Source of the DNA: a virus
Strand: one strand, 5' to 3'
Length of the DNA stretch: 64,000 nucleotides
Virus record (IMG/VR): IMGVR_UViG_3300010413_000020
Span: 43,282 to 107,281 of that record
Each line of letters starts with the position of its first letter. The first letter of the stretch is position 1. Under the pieces are notes generated by a model. It made no database searches, was not told the DNA's origin, and saw nothing but the letters and a program-made list of their open reading frames with translations. This document shows positions 1-9,861 of the stretch, piece after piece. The position numbers were made by a program, and so were the translations under genes.

Positions 1-234
1 GGTTCATATCGTACAGGAACACTTGTACCTTCGTTCAACTCTTTCTGTGCTGTCGCGAGTGCTAACTATACGACTTGGATCAACACAAAACAGGCACGAG
101 ACCAGAACGTAGCCACGCTTACAACCGAAAAAATAGCGTTATCCGCGGAGTTGGTTGCTGCACAGGAGGCCGAGGACGCAGCCCTGGCAGCCGTGCTAGC
201 CGTCTGCCCGGACTTCGACCCCGCCTCTGTGTGA
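1..234 (+). CDS. 3' end of a hypothetical protein (partial, runs off the window edge)
   Basis: Open frame 1 from base 1 (GSYRTGTLVP...CPDFDPASV) to TGA at 232-234; converges on the 236 ORF. Confidence 0.6.
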   Translation, partial: GSYRTGTLVPSFNSFCAVASANYTTWINTKQARDQNVATLTTEKIALSAELVAAQEAEDAALAAVLAVCPDFDPASV

Positions 235-235
235 T

Positions 236-1558
236 TTAATAAGAACGCCTACTTAATCGATGATGTGTGTGAGAAACCCAGTGGAAGTCTTCCCAGTGGT
301 GGTAAACATCTTCCAATGTTTTTGCTTCTGCGTTAAACCAAGCCGTACCTCTTCCATTACCCAACGAGAAGTTTAGCCGGAGTTCTTCTCGTGCGTAGTA
401 AGTGATTCCTAGAGCGTAGTATTGAGTACTCCGCCACTTTCCTCGGTGAGTGGGACTGGTCCGATGTCCCGCAAGTTCAATAAGTACCGCTTTCAATTCA
501 GGATTGACAGGAACTCCCTTATGGGAAGCCTCAATATCTTTTCCGTACTTTTCGATAAAGGTTTTGGCTTCCGCGAAATCAGCAAAGGTTTCTACTCCAT
601 TCCAGGGTTTGGTGTGTCGTACAATTCCGAATTTGAGTTCTTTGCTTTCTACTGCAAAAGTAGTCCAATACTTACAGGAGTTATAACGTTTGTTGAGCTC
701 ATAGGCATTGAGTAATAAGTAGTTCAATTCTGCATCGGTGAATGGAATATGAACTTTATTTAATATCTCAACTACAGCATCCCCCGAACTTATAGGATAC
801 GGGCCGGAACACCAACGTCTTGAATGTTTGTCTCGTTGTCTTAAACAGGTATCTGCTACAAAACATTGAGAGCATACTTCTTTCTCAAACTTGTTAAAAC
901 GTTTTCGTTCTTGAATGCCTTTCTGTATTTGCTGAGACTTGTAATCGATTACTGAAAAGTCATGGTCTTCTGGTAGCCTGAAAGTTTTTCCGAAGTCTTC
1001 AGCGAGCGTGAGTCGGGGGCTAATATAGGTGAATCCTGCAATACGTGAAACACGATTCTTAAGATTCTTGAACGCTTCTCCTATCGTTGCTTCTCCTTCA
1101 GTAAGAACTAATTTTTTGATAGCACAATCCCTGGGGTTATCTCCTGATTCGAAACAACCCTTACATCCAATAATGGATTTTTGGGGGAGGGTACAACTAT
1201 AATAGATATCATAAAGATTGTGTTCCTTGATACCTTCTTTAGGAGAATAAGCTAACACAACTTGTCCTTTCCGCGCTGATTCCAAATCGTGGGCCACACT
1301 AGACGCAATTTCACTAGCTATTTTCCAACAAAACCCGCCGCTATCTGCGCCAAGCCAGGTATCTCGATAGATTAGGGCTCCTCCTTTCAAAAGATTTTGA
1401 AGTTCCGGGTCGTTCATGATGAGATGCTGGGTTGCTGGTTCTTCAATTACCGGATCGTTGGAGAGAGAAGTAAATAACATAACGAGAGGGCTGTCTTCAT
1501 CGACATTGTAGGTATCGGAAGTTGCGATTGTGAATACCTTATCCGGCGTTTCAGGCAT
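236..1558 (-). CDS. Hypothetical Cys-rich protein, translationally coupled downstream of the RT (candidate RT partner/effector)
   Basis: ORF track 236..1573. Likely start is ATG 1558 after a GGAGG RBS, overlapping the RT stop. Cys clusters CTLPQKSIIGCKGC..DC and CSQCFVADTC..WC. Confidence 0.75.
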   Translation of the reverse strand: MPETPDKVFTIATSDTYNVDEDSPLVMLFTSLSNDPVIEEPATQHLIMNDPELQNLLKGGALIYRDTWLGADSGGFCWKIASEIASSVAHDLESARKGQVVLAYSPKEGIKEHNLYDIYYSCTLPQKSIIGCKGCFESGDNPRDCAIKKLVLTEGEATIGEAFKNLKNRVSRIAGFTYISPRLTLAEDFGKTFRLPEDHDFSVIDYKSQQIQKGIQERKRFNKFEKEVCSQCFVADTCLRQRDKHSRRWCSGPYPISSGDAVVEILNKVHIPFTDAELNYLLLNAYELNKRYNSCKYWTTFAVESKELKFGIVRHTKPWNGVETFADFAEAKTFIEKYGKDIEASHKGVPVNPELKAVLIELAGHRTSPTHRGKWRSTQYYALGITYYAREELRLNFSLGNGRGTAWFNAEAKTLEDVYHHWEDFHWVSHTHHRLSRRSY

Positions 1559-2723
1559 GACTCCTCCCCTCATATTGTTCTTTAGCTGCGGTAAACTCCG
1601 CTAGTAGTTGTGTTCCTTTCTGGGGATTTATCTGTCCCATGTAATTTATTTTTCCTCGAAGCCATGTGAGGAGTGCTCCGCCATTTTTCTGTCCCGCTTT
1701 AGCTGCTTGTGAATCAAACCCGTGGACTAGGCAATTGTGGGTGATCGCTCTTACTTTCCTATATTCCATTGCTGGGATATTCGGCCTTTGGTTGAAAACT
1801 GTTCCAAGAAGGAATCTACCGTAATAGCCGTGGGCAATCTTAGTTTTACCGGGATTGATACGGTAGCCTGTATTATGTACGATAGATTTGATGTCCTCGA
1901 TGAACTGAAGAGTTTCGTCTTTACTGAAAGTACGTCCACACGTGAATGATAGGTCATCACAATAACGGGTATACACCCACTTCTTTGTTCCCTCGAGCTT
2001 GTCCTTTTCGTTTCGCTTATTCAGGTAAGAAATTATCTTCCCATCGAATAAATCGTTTGCTACGAGATTGCATATTGCACCAGAAGCAGGTGAACCCTGG
2101 GGAACTCCGCTCAAGAATTTAGGTACCCAAGCATCCGGAGATAACTTACTTTTGTGGCGATATTGCGGATTGGGAAAATCTGTAACCGTGAGTAGGTTCG
2201 CCAGCAGGCTTGCGACTTCATGATTATATCCTATCTTCTTGAAGTAGTTACGTATCATGGCGCGACTGGTGGATGGAAAGAAATCCTTGAGGTCCATGTG
2301 CACATATAATCCCTTACGCGGACAGTCATGCGCTTTTGGGGTTTTGGTTCCGGCATCTTCGCAAATTTTACAAGGAGGAATGTGCTGAAGGACGGCGTGT
2401 CTACAGGAAAGACCCTTTCGATAGGCCGTTACGTGAGCCCCTAATTGGTCTTGTAAAGGAACCAAATATCGGATGTGAAGTTGATGGAGCAATAATTTCA
2501 TCATGTCATTTGGAGAATGTAAAATGCGATGTCCTTTCTTCTTTTTAGGTATCTTGAAGATTTCGTACATATCCTTCTTGTTCTCCAACATGTACCACAT
2601 TACCTTATTGCGAAATCCCAGACTGAAAGCCAACGAACAATCGTCAAACGCATAGGGCACTTCATCCGGAAGATCAGGAAGCTCAATTACAGCAATTTGT
2701 GTTTTATTAAATCCCACACTCAT
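1551..2723 (-). CDS. Retron-type reverse transcriptase
   Basis: IPKKKKGHRILHSP; AY; HAVLQH (NAxxH-like region X); DLKDFFPS; PQGSPASG; YTRYCDDLSF (YxDD); INPGKT; LLG at the VTG position; C-terminal LRGKINYMGQINPQKG typical of retron RT thumbs. Confidence 0.88.
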   Translation of the reverse strand: MSVGFNKTQIAVIELPDLPDEVPYAFDDCSLAFSLGFRNKVMWYMLENKKDMYEIFKIPKKKKGHRILHSPNDMMKLLLHQLHIRYLVPLQDQLGAHVTAYRKGLSCRHAVLQHIPPCKICEDAGTKTPKAHDCPRKGLYVHMDLKDFFPSTSRAMIRNYFKKIGYNHEVASLLANLLTVTDFPNPQYRHKSKLSPDAWVPKFLSGVPQGSPASGAICNLVANDLFDGKIISYLNKRNEKDKLEGTKKWVYTRYCDDLSFTCGRTFSKDETLQFIEDIKSIVHNTGYRINPGKTKIAHGYYGRFLLGTVFNQRPNIPAMEYRKVRAITHNCLVHGFDSQAAKAGQKNGGALLTWLRGKINYMGQINPQKGTQLLAEFTAAKEQYEGRSHA

Positions 2724-3373
2724 GCCTCACCTCCTGCTTCTTCTACTGAACGCTTAGAGTTGTTGTAAAACTCGTTGTCCAATGCCAGTTCAGATTCTGC
2801 CTTTGATTTGCAAGTGAAGGTACCTGGCGTACACTGATTTGAATGATATCCCGGTAGATTTTTGCAAACAGCGCAGAGTACTGGAATAGTCCTGGTCGGA
2901 GTATGAAACGCAATTTGCGGCATCATAACTTTTTCGTTATGCCCTCTTTGAATTGCCCGTGACATAAGATATCCGACTGAAGAGGCGTATGGGTTTTTGA
3001 ATTTCTTAGCATCTCCATACACCGTTCGTACATGAGTAGGCACAACCATTATCCAACCTCTGTGGTTTCGTATGAGTTTCTGGAAGTTGTCTTGGGATGT
3101 TCCGGGTGTTCCCTCTCTTCGCAAATCGTTGCGTTCCACAGATATTTCGCAGAGGTTATCTACGTGTAAGCTATTAAGTGCTTGAAGCAAATCTTTGTCT
3201 AACGGCATTGAGAGATAATAACGAAATGTCTTTCGAAAAACAGGTGCAAGTTTTTCACGTGCTAGGTACACGCGGTCATATGGAAAGTAATCATAGATAG
3301 GGGTCTTTTGGGAATGACGTAGTTTATGTTGTGCGATTTTCACACAAATAATCTTCTCTCGTCGTTGTGTCAT
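2720..3373 (-). CDS. Hypothetical protein with C-terminal Cys cluster, coupled upstream of the RT
   Basis: 217-aa ORF; ATGA overlap with RT start; CAVCKNLPGYHSNQCTPGTFTC. Confidence 0.75.
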   Translation of the reverse strand: MTQRREKIICVKIAQHKLRHSQKTPIYDYFPYDRVYLAREKLAPVFRKTFRYYLSMPLDKDLLQALNSLHVDNLCEISVERNDLRREGTPGTSQDNFQKLIRNHRGWIMVVPTHVRTVYGDAKKFKNPYASSVGYLMSRAIQRGHNEKVMMPQIAFHTPTRTIPVLCAVCKNLPGYHSNQCTPGTFTCKSKAESELALDNEFYNNSKRSVEEAGGEA

Positions 3374-3389
3374 TTGCTTCTCTCCCTGT

Positions 3390-5060
3390 TTAATCTTTGA
3401 TCTTTAAAACCCTTGGTTGCATGTATTCGTTTTCAGTTCCAGTAGATGTGAGTACCCAGATAAGCGGGCATGGAGGTAAATATTCAGGAATGGGTCCGTG
3501 TGGCGGGCCAACCGGAGCTTCCCCGTCCGTTAAGAGAATCGCTAAATCTGGGGGGTCCGTCATAGGATTTTCTTCTCGGTCAGCGTTGGGCATCCAGTCC
3601 CCTTCTTCGTCTCTTCCACACATGTATTTGAGGGGTGGCGTAAAGCTTGTGCCACCATAGCCGTAACGATTGATTAATTGATATCTGTCTCTGGCGAATT
3701 TTTCAGTATCATCGGGACCCAGAAGTTTCTCATACTGAATGGCATGGTCGAACATGATGAGACGTATTGTTACTTCGTCTTCCTGGTTCATAATGCCTCG
3801 AATTTCGGCCATGAAATCCAGAAATTCGGATTGACTGACACTGCCGGATGTATCGACCATACACGCGATGTTGAATGCAAAGTTCTTTTGGAATCCGGGA
3901 TAGGGTTCCATACCTTCGTCTTCCAGATGGAAGAAACAGGGATTGGGATACGCGGTGCTTTCATCCAATTTGGAAGAAACTTCTGATCGCATCATGTTTT
4001 GTAGAACAATCTGCCAGGGAATTGTAGGCTCCTCGAGTAAATCTTGGATAGCTTCCATGAATTTTCCTGGAACTTTTCCACAACTTTTCTTGGTTTGTTC
4101 TACTGCGTTTTTGGTTATCCTTTTGGCTTCTCTCTTTGCACTATCAATTGCTCGTTCAATCTCGGCGCTGGTCATCTCATCAAAATCTAAATTCCAGGGG
4201 ACGTTTTGAGGGTTCTGGCCGCGTACTAGATCTTTAAACCACTCTGGGTAATTATCGTCCAGGCCGTCTGCGGGGGATAATTCTTCTGAATTAGCTCCAC
4301 CACCTCCTTTGTTGTTATCCCCTTCTTTGTCACCCTGACCAGATCGATTATTATCCTCTGTATTCTGGGTGGAAGATTTTGAAGAACCATCAGGGGAATC
4401 TCCTCTTCCACCTTTGGAATTTCCCGATTGGCGGGAGGACCCACCTTGTTGATTGGATTGATTGGCATTACACCCTCCTATCATTGGTATGATTTGTAGA
4501 TTTGGATTAAATCCGTCTTTTTGCATATTTTTCATTAATTCATTAAAATAGAACTCGAAGGATTGCCCTGTTGGATAGTTGTATTTCGCTTCTTCCGGCC
4601 AAATAAATCTATCTCGATACTTCGCAAAATTGGTACGTGGAGTTTCCAGGATAGGACGAACAGCAATGTCGTTTGCTGCCATATCCGCTGCTACATTCAT
4701 TATGGGTTGTAAACGGGCATAACGAATATTATCGTTGAGTTTCAGACGGATGCGCAACATTTTTTCCAGGTGTTGAAGAGCCAAATGCGCGGCTTCATGA
4801 ACCACTACGAGTAATTGAAACGGTCCTTCTTGTTGTACAAACCAGACAGGATGCCAAACCAACATGTACCTGCCGTGATTATCGAGAGTTACTGCTGCCG
4901 TAGGTGGCCAAAGGTCTTTACGGGGGGCGCGACCACAACCATTAATCATGCGGGCATAGAAGTTACTGCCTCCTCGGGGACTACAGAGCCACTGTAGAGC
5001 TCGAGACATTGCTCGGTCTATCTCTTCTTCAGAAAACTCTTGTTGTTTTATCTCTTCCAT
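3390..5060 (-). CDS. VWA-domain protein with N-terminal HExxH metallopeptidase-like domain (DUF2201-like)
   Basis: HEAAH; low-complexity G/S/N linker; MIDAS motif DTSGS, then GGT and LTDG. Confidence 0.85.
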   Translation of the reverse strand: MEEIKQQEFSEEEIDRAMSRALQWLCSPRGGSNFYARMINGCGRAPRKDLWPPTAAVTLDNHGRYMLVWHPVWFVQQEGPFQLLVVVHEAAHLALQHLEKMLRIRLKLNDNIRYARLQPIMNVAADMAANDIAVRPILETPRTNFAKYRDRFIWPEEAKYNYPTGQSFEFYFNELMKNMQKDGFNPNLQIIPMIGGCNANQSNQQGGSSRQSGNSKGGRGDSPDGSSKSSTQNTEDNNRSGQGDKEGDNNKGGGGANSEELSPADGLDDNYPEWFKDLVRGQNPQNVPWNLDFDEMTSAEIERAIDSAKREAKRITKNAVEQTKKSCGKVPGKFMEAIQDLLEEPTIPWQIVLQNMMRSEVSSKLDESTAYPNPCFFHLEDEGMEPYPGFQKNFAFNIACMVDTSGSVSQSEFLDFMAEIRGIMNQEDEVTIRLIMFDHAIQYEKLLGPDDTEKFARDRYQLINRYGYGGTSFTPPLKYMCGRDEEGDWMPNADREENPMTDPPDLAILLTDGEAPVGPPHGPIPEYLPPCPLIWVLTSTGTENEYMQPRVLKIKD

Positions 5061-5134
5061 TTATCTTCTCCTCTGTCTATAATTCAATAGGCGTGAGACG
5101 AACGCCATAGATACAGGAACGTTGAGGTGTTTAT

Positions 5135-6148
5135 ATGACCCAGGTAATTGACCAGACAAATGACCCAGGTTTTTCTACTTTGAGGGTGATCGTGGACCGT
5201 TTTCCTCGATTGAGAGAAATGGCTAAAACTGCTAACCTCGATCCCTCTGAATTTTCAAATTTACCCGACGAAGCATTTGCATGGCCGGGACAGCGGCGGT
5301 TTCCTATACATAATGCGGAGCATACCGCACTGTCTATGGGTTACAGTAAAGTTGCTCAGAAATTACCATCGGATGTGGCAGAAACGATGGAGAAAGCCGC
5401 GTCTCTGCATGGGGTGGATACTGAGGCATTCGAGGAACCGGTTGCAATCGAAAAAGTAGCATCCGACGATGGGCATTATCTCATCCCTGACAAGCGTAGA
5501 TTTAAGATAGCATCTAAGGAAGATGTGCCTGTTGCGGAACGGATAATTCATGAAAAATACTCATCCCTCTCGGTCGGAGATAGAACTATTGCTTGTATGC
5601 AATTAGTTAAGGTCGCGGAGGAATACGGGGAGGAGTTACATCCTTCTACCATTAAACTCGCGGGTTTAACAATTACGAGTACTCGTACTATGCGAGATTG
5701 GATAGAGGCACGTAAAGAAGCTTCTCTAAGACTTGGATCTGCGATGGCTCAAGCATTTGAAACGTTAGCTAATCAATTTCAGGATGTAGAACCTTTTATT
5801 CATAATCGTGGCGACCAAATGAAACTGGCTAGTGCTTTACAGCGCATGGACGAGGCTGCGGGGTTAACTCAATTTTATGGCCGTAAGTTGTTAGACCCTA
5901 TAGAAACAGTCTTTAACACTCCTCATCGTTCCGATAATTTTGTTAAAGTGGGTTCCGCACTTCAGAATAAGGCACTCTTAGCTTCTCTCCCTCTCTCGTT
6001 TTGGGAAGACGCGTTAGGACCAGAAATTGCTGCCGAGATAGCCCCTAACGGTCAGGTGGATATAACTATGTTGGAGCAGATTCTTCCCACGCTGCCCGCC
6101 GATTTAAAATCGGCCTTGGAAACCCAACTCGCTGCGTATAATCGGTAG
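5135..6148 (+). CDS. Hypothetical protein, probable virion/head component
   Basis: 337-aa ORF with GAGGTG RBS, TATAAT at 5078 and several K-x-A motifs shared with late proteins. Confidence 0.7.
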   Translation: MTQVIDQTNDPGFSTLRVIVDRFPRLREMAKTANLDPSEFSNLPDEAFAWPGQRRFPIHNAEHTALSMGYSKVAQKLPSDVAETMEKAASLHGVDTEAFEEPVAIEKVASDDGHYLIPDKRRFKIASKEDVPVAERIIHEKYSSLSVGDRTIACMQLVKVAEEYGEELHPSTIKLAGLTITSTRTMRDWIEARKEASLRLGSAMAQAFETLANQFQDVEPFIHNRGDQMKLASALQRMDEAAGLTQFYGRKLLDPIETVFNTPHRSDNFVKVGSALQNKALLASLPLSFWEDALGPEIAAEIAPNGQVDITMLEQILPTLPADLKSALETQLAAYNR

Positions 6149-6151
6149 TTT

Positions 6152-6916
6152 ATGGAACAACTTCTGGAAAAATTTGCGGAGCATGTTTCCCATCTTACAA
6201 ATTACACTGTAAAGACCGCCCAGAGAGCAGACATAGCACGAAAGTACTTACGCGAAGGGGATGAACGCTCGGCTGCGGCTTTGTTGATGGCCCTGCGTAC
6301 TCTTCATGGAATTGAGTCATTCTATTGGGAACCTGAGACTATTTGGTTGACCCTCGAACGGGATGATCATTTAGACATGGAAGAATTGGGACGTAATAAA
6401 TTACAAGCGGCTATTACCCTTATTGTTAATCCTGCATTTTTTTGGGACAATCTCGTATTCCAACGAACGGTTCAGGCACTTAATGGAGAACCCTTTGACC
6501 CAGAAGCACTTCAGGAATGCCATCCAGGATATATGTCTTGGGCAGTTTACGAATCAGGATTGATTCGAGGATTAGACCCTGAGGAACCTGTATCTGCTGA
6601 ACTGGATGAAGATGTTCAACAATACGTAGCAGTCTGTTTGAAGCGTGCAGGTTATGTATATCCTCCTAATCAATTAATCGCTGTTGCTGACAATTTAGAA
6701 AAGATTCTTCCTAGAGAGACCAAGCCATTTATCGACCAAGTAAAAAAATCATGGGAGCACCTGGACAAGGGAGCCCTCTCGGAACGTACATTCCAAGAGG
6801 ACCCCCTCGATGTCCAGTTAGCGCAACTTGCTTCCTGTTACGAATATGTGCGAGAACGCGCCAATGAAATGGCGAGTGAGATTCTTTCGTTAGACCGAGA
6901 ACTCCTCAACTCCTGA
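6152..6916 (+). CDS. Hypothetical protein
   Basis: 254-aa ORF directly after the 5135 gene. Confidence 0.7.
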   Translation: MEQLLEKFAEHVSHLTNYTVKTAQRADIARKYLREGDERSAAALLMALRTLHGIESFYWEPETIWLTLERDDHLDMEELGRNKLQAAITLIVNPAFFWDNLVFQRTVQALNGEPFDPEALQECHPGYMSWAVYESGLIRGLDPEEPVSAELDEDVQQYVAVCLKRAGYVYPPNQLIAVADNLEKILPRETKPFIDQVKKSWEHLDKGALSERTFQEDPLDVQLAQLASCYEYVRERANEMASEILSLDRELLNS

Positions 6917-8126
6917 TTTTTTCTTCCATTCCGCGATAGTTGTTGTCTATTTCTAACTGAAGATTACACCAACTATCATAGTCTTGGAGTTCTCGCATCA
7001 GCGAATTGAGATATTCTTCCGATTTATTTTCCTCGGCAATAGACCGCATTTGAAAGAGCATTGCTCCGGCCATCTCCAGTGGGTGCAATTCTATGAACTT
7101 AAGAAAGTTCTTGGCGGTGTCTTCTACGTCTGGAGTTGTCGCAAACATCAAACGCAAAACGTTTTGGTCCAAATCAGCCAGGGGTTCATGCATGGCATTA
7201 TCGACCATTTTCTGTATGGCGTTTTTGACTTTACTGAATCTACGTAAAACGTCATCCGCACCAATTGTTAAAGAAGAATCTTTAAGATGTGCGGATAATT
7301 CCGAGGCCATGGTTACCCCTATGGATGCGGCGAATCGTTGCATAGCAAATTCGCTATTTAACGGAATACCCTTTGCTTCCATGTTGTAGGAATCTTCGCT
7401 GATGGTTTCGATGTTAGCAGGACAGTTATATTGTTTCTGTTCTTTCAGAGCCTTCCAGTCGTATATGTTGTTTGGTTTAGCTCTAAAGTAATCCAGAATA
7501 CCAGGATGACAGGCTTTATCTTTTGCTGCGCCTTGTCCGAAGAGATGGAATCGTTCAGTAGCAGCGTGTTTCATGAATCCTTTTAAATCCGGCAATACAT
7601 AAAAGAATTTAACGCGACGGCGTATCGCCGCTTCATTTTCAATCGAAGTTACATTATATTCCGCGGTTGAGGGATTCATCGTTCCTGCAACAAGACATTG
7701 TTTGGGCACCACATAGTTAAACATGCGCCCGTCTTCCATCATGGTAAAGAATTGATTAATGGCATGTTTGAGCCCGCGGTTGAGCTCATCAAAGAGAATG
7801 ATTTTCTTTTCATCTCCTTTAGGAAAGATTTCAGGAACGGCAACTTTGAAAAAGTCTTCAAGGGTACGCACTGGTATGCCGGAACCCATTAGGCCCCAGT
7901 GAGCAGTATGAATAGGAACGACGGTGTATCCTGTGTCATGCGCTATCTGTGACCAAATCTGTGTTTTGCCTATTCCCGAATCCCCTACCAGGACAATACA
8001 GCCCCGTCGTTGGTGAAATTCTAAGGACAAGCGAATTTGAGCCGCAGCTTCCGCAAGTGTGACCTGGGGAATGTCGCGCAATTCAGCATACTTAGGAACA
8101 ACTTTTTCTTCTTCTTTACTTGCCAT
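6906..8126 (-). CDS. MoxR-like AAA+ ATPase
   Basis: Walker A GDSGIGKT, Walker B ILFDELNR, sensor GTMNP, arginine finger AIRRR; AGGAGA RBS. Confidence 0.85.
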   Translation of the reverse strand: MASKEEEKVVPKYAELRDIPQVTLAEAAAQIRLSLEFHQRRGCIVLVGDSGIGKTQIWSQIAHDTGYTVVPIHTAHWGLMGSGIPVRTLEDFFKVAVPEIFPKGDEKKIILFDELNRGLKHAINQFFTMMEDGRMFNYVVPKQCLVAGTMNPSTAEYNVTSIENEAAIRRRVKFFYVLPDLKGFMKHAATERFHLFGQGAAKDKACHPGILDYFRAKPNNIYDWKALKEQKQYNCPANIETISEDSYNMEAKGIPLNSEFAMQRFAASIGVTMASELSAHLKDSSLTIGADDVLRRFSKVKNAIQKMVDNAMHEPLADLDQNVLRLMFATTPDVEDTAKNFLKFIELHPLEMAGAMLFQMRSIAEENKSEEYLNSLMRELQDYDSWCNLQLEIDNNYRGMEEKIRS

Positions 8127-9772
8127 GCTTCTCTCCTTGCTTTAACTTTTATATGATGAAAGGCAATTTACAGCACTTTCGAATGAGTAGTGTCGCACAG
8201 GCATGGCTGCGCCTGGACGGACAACCCTTTCGATTAGATGATTGGCCGATGCACAAAGAGTTCTACGATGGGAGATTCCGCCGTAGTCTTTTTAAAACAA
8301 GTCGTCAGGTGGGTAAGAGCGTCACCATGTGCAACTTCAGTATCATTGAGTGCTCTCTTATACCGCACTTTTCTACAATGTTTGTGGCTCCCACTAAAGA
8401 GCATACCGTTAGATTTTCGAACACACGTTTAGGAAAGATTCTTCGCTACTCACCGGTTATTAACAAAACTTTTTTACGTACTGAGCTCGCTGATCGTGTG
8501 TTTCATAAACAATATACTAACGGCTCTGAGATGCTGTTGACCTATGGGTCCGATAGTGAGGAGCGGGTTCGTGGACCTTCAACTGACAGAAACATGTACG
8601 ATGAGGTCCAGGACATGCTTTATGACCCGGTTATTACTGTTGGTAATGAAACAATGTCCAATTCTCCTCATGCTTTTGAGACTTATGCGGGCACTCCTAA
8701 GACTATGGAGAATACCATTCAGTATCTCTGGGAGATTTCGACGCAGACAGAATGGGTGATGAAATGTGATGCCTGTGGGTCATACCAATTTATAGATAAC
8801 GAAAAACACTTGGGGAAATTAGGGCCGGTCTGTTTGAAATGCAAGTCTTACTTGAATCCTTTCCATGGCACCTGGATTGATATGAATCCTATAGATTACG
8901 GTGCAGGGGAAGACGAAGACACAAAATTAAAAGGTTTCCACATATCTCAACCCATGATGCCTTTCAATGTTCCAAAGTCGATGGAAGGGCGTGGAGATAT
9001 GGAAGAAGTCGCTCTCCGGCGATGGAAACGTATTATTAATAAGTTCGAGGGTACACCTATCTCTGTATTCCGCAACGAGGTTCTCGGCGTTTCCGACGCT
9101 ATTGGTACCCGCGTTCTTTCTAAACAAGAGCTCCAGGCTCTTTGTACTCCCCGTGAAATGCAAGATTTCCCTAATGATAAAACACTTGAAGGAATCAGTC
9201 TTACCGTAGGTGGTGTGGATTGGTCTGGTGGGGGTACTACAGGCGTTTCTCGTACTGTAATATGGATATGGGGTTTTAGACCTACAGACCGAAAACTAGT
9301 CTGTCTTCTCTATAAAGTGCTTGCGGGAATCAATCCAGTGAATGTCATAGACGAAATTGCAAAAATATTTGATGCATATCGTGTACAACTTGTTATTGGA
9401 GATGCGGGTGAAGGCCATACGGCTAACAATCTTTTGCGAAGCAAAATTGGAATTCACCGAGTACAGCAAGTACAATATGGTGCCCAAAAAAAGGCTATTA
9501 ACTGGAATGGAGAAGACCGTTGGATGGCCGACCGTACAACTCTTATCGACAACTATTTCATGGGTTTGAAACGGCAAGAATTTGAATTTGCTACTCGCTC
9601 TGAGATGGAAGTTGCCATCACCGATATTCTTAACGAGTATGAGGAAATAACTACAGCAGGTCGTCGTGTTTGGCGTCATTCTCCTCAACGTCCAGATGAT
9701 TGTCTTCATGCAGGACTTTTTGGTTGGCTTGCCTTTAAAATGGTTATGGGGGATATGAGAATGTATCAGTAA
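8120..9772 (+). CDS. terL: Terminase large subunit (true start probably 8153-8183)
   Basis: Walker A KTSRQVGKS, Walker B MYDEVQD, GTP motif, CxxC..CxxC finger, nuclease acidic motifs GGVDWSGG and PDDCLHA. Confidence 0.85.
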   Translation: MPCFSPCFNFYMMKGNLQHFRMSSVAQAWLRLDGQPFRLDDWPMHKEFYDGRFRRSLFKTSRQVGKSVTMCNFSIIECSLIPHFSTMFVAPTKEHTVRFSNTRLGKILRYSPVINKTFLRTELADRVFHKQYTNGSEMLLTYGSDSEERVRGPSTDRNMYDEVQDMLYDPVITVGNETMSNSPHAFETYAGTPKTMENTIQYLWEISTQTEWVMKCDACGSYQFIDNEKHLGKLGPVCLKCKSYLNPFHGTWIDMNPIDYGAGEDEDTKLKGFHISQPMMPFNVPKSMEGRGDMEEVALRRWKRIINKFEGTPISVFRNEVLGVSDAIGTRVLSKQELQALCTPREMQDFPNDKTLEGISLTVGGVDWSGGGTTGVSRTVIWIWGFRPTDRKLVCLLYKVLAGINPVNVIDEIAKIFDAYRVQLVIGDAGEGHTANNLLRSKIGIHRVQQVQYGAQKKAINWNGEDRWMADRTTLIDNYFMGLKRQEFEFATRSEMEVAITDILNEYEEITTAGRRVWRHSPQRPDDCLHAGLFGWLAFKMVMGDMRMYQ

Positions 9773-9834
9773 CTTTTGTCGCTGTCCGCTTATTTTCCAA
9801 TGATTGCAGTGGAAAAGAAGTGTTGTCAGAGTCT

Positions 9835-9861
9835 TTTTGCGAATAATGCCTATTCGCAAAA
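9835..9861. repeat. Perfect 11-bp inverted repeat TTTTGCGAATA-atgcc-TATTCGCAAAA
   Basis: Read directly from the sequence; no U-tract follows it on either strand. Confidence 0.8.

Noticed and set aside
1551-2723. DGR or group II intron RT
   Set aside because: No TR/VR pair noticed, no DGR-type SQ motif, no maturase or endonuclease domain, and no flanking intron RNA space; the motifs are retron-like
9835-9861. Intrinsic terminator for terL
   Set aside because: The perfect hairpin is followed by A-runs rather than U-runs on both strands; kept only as an inverted repeat
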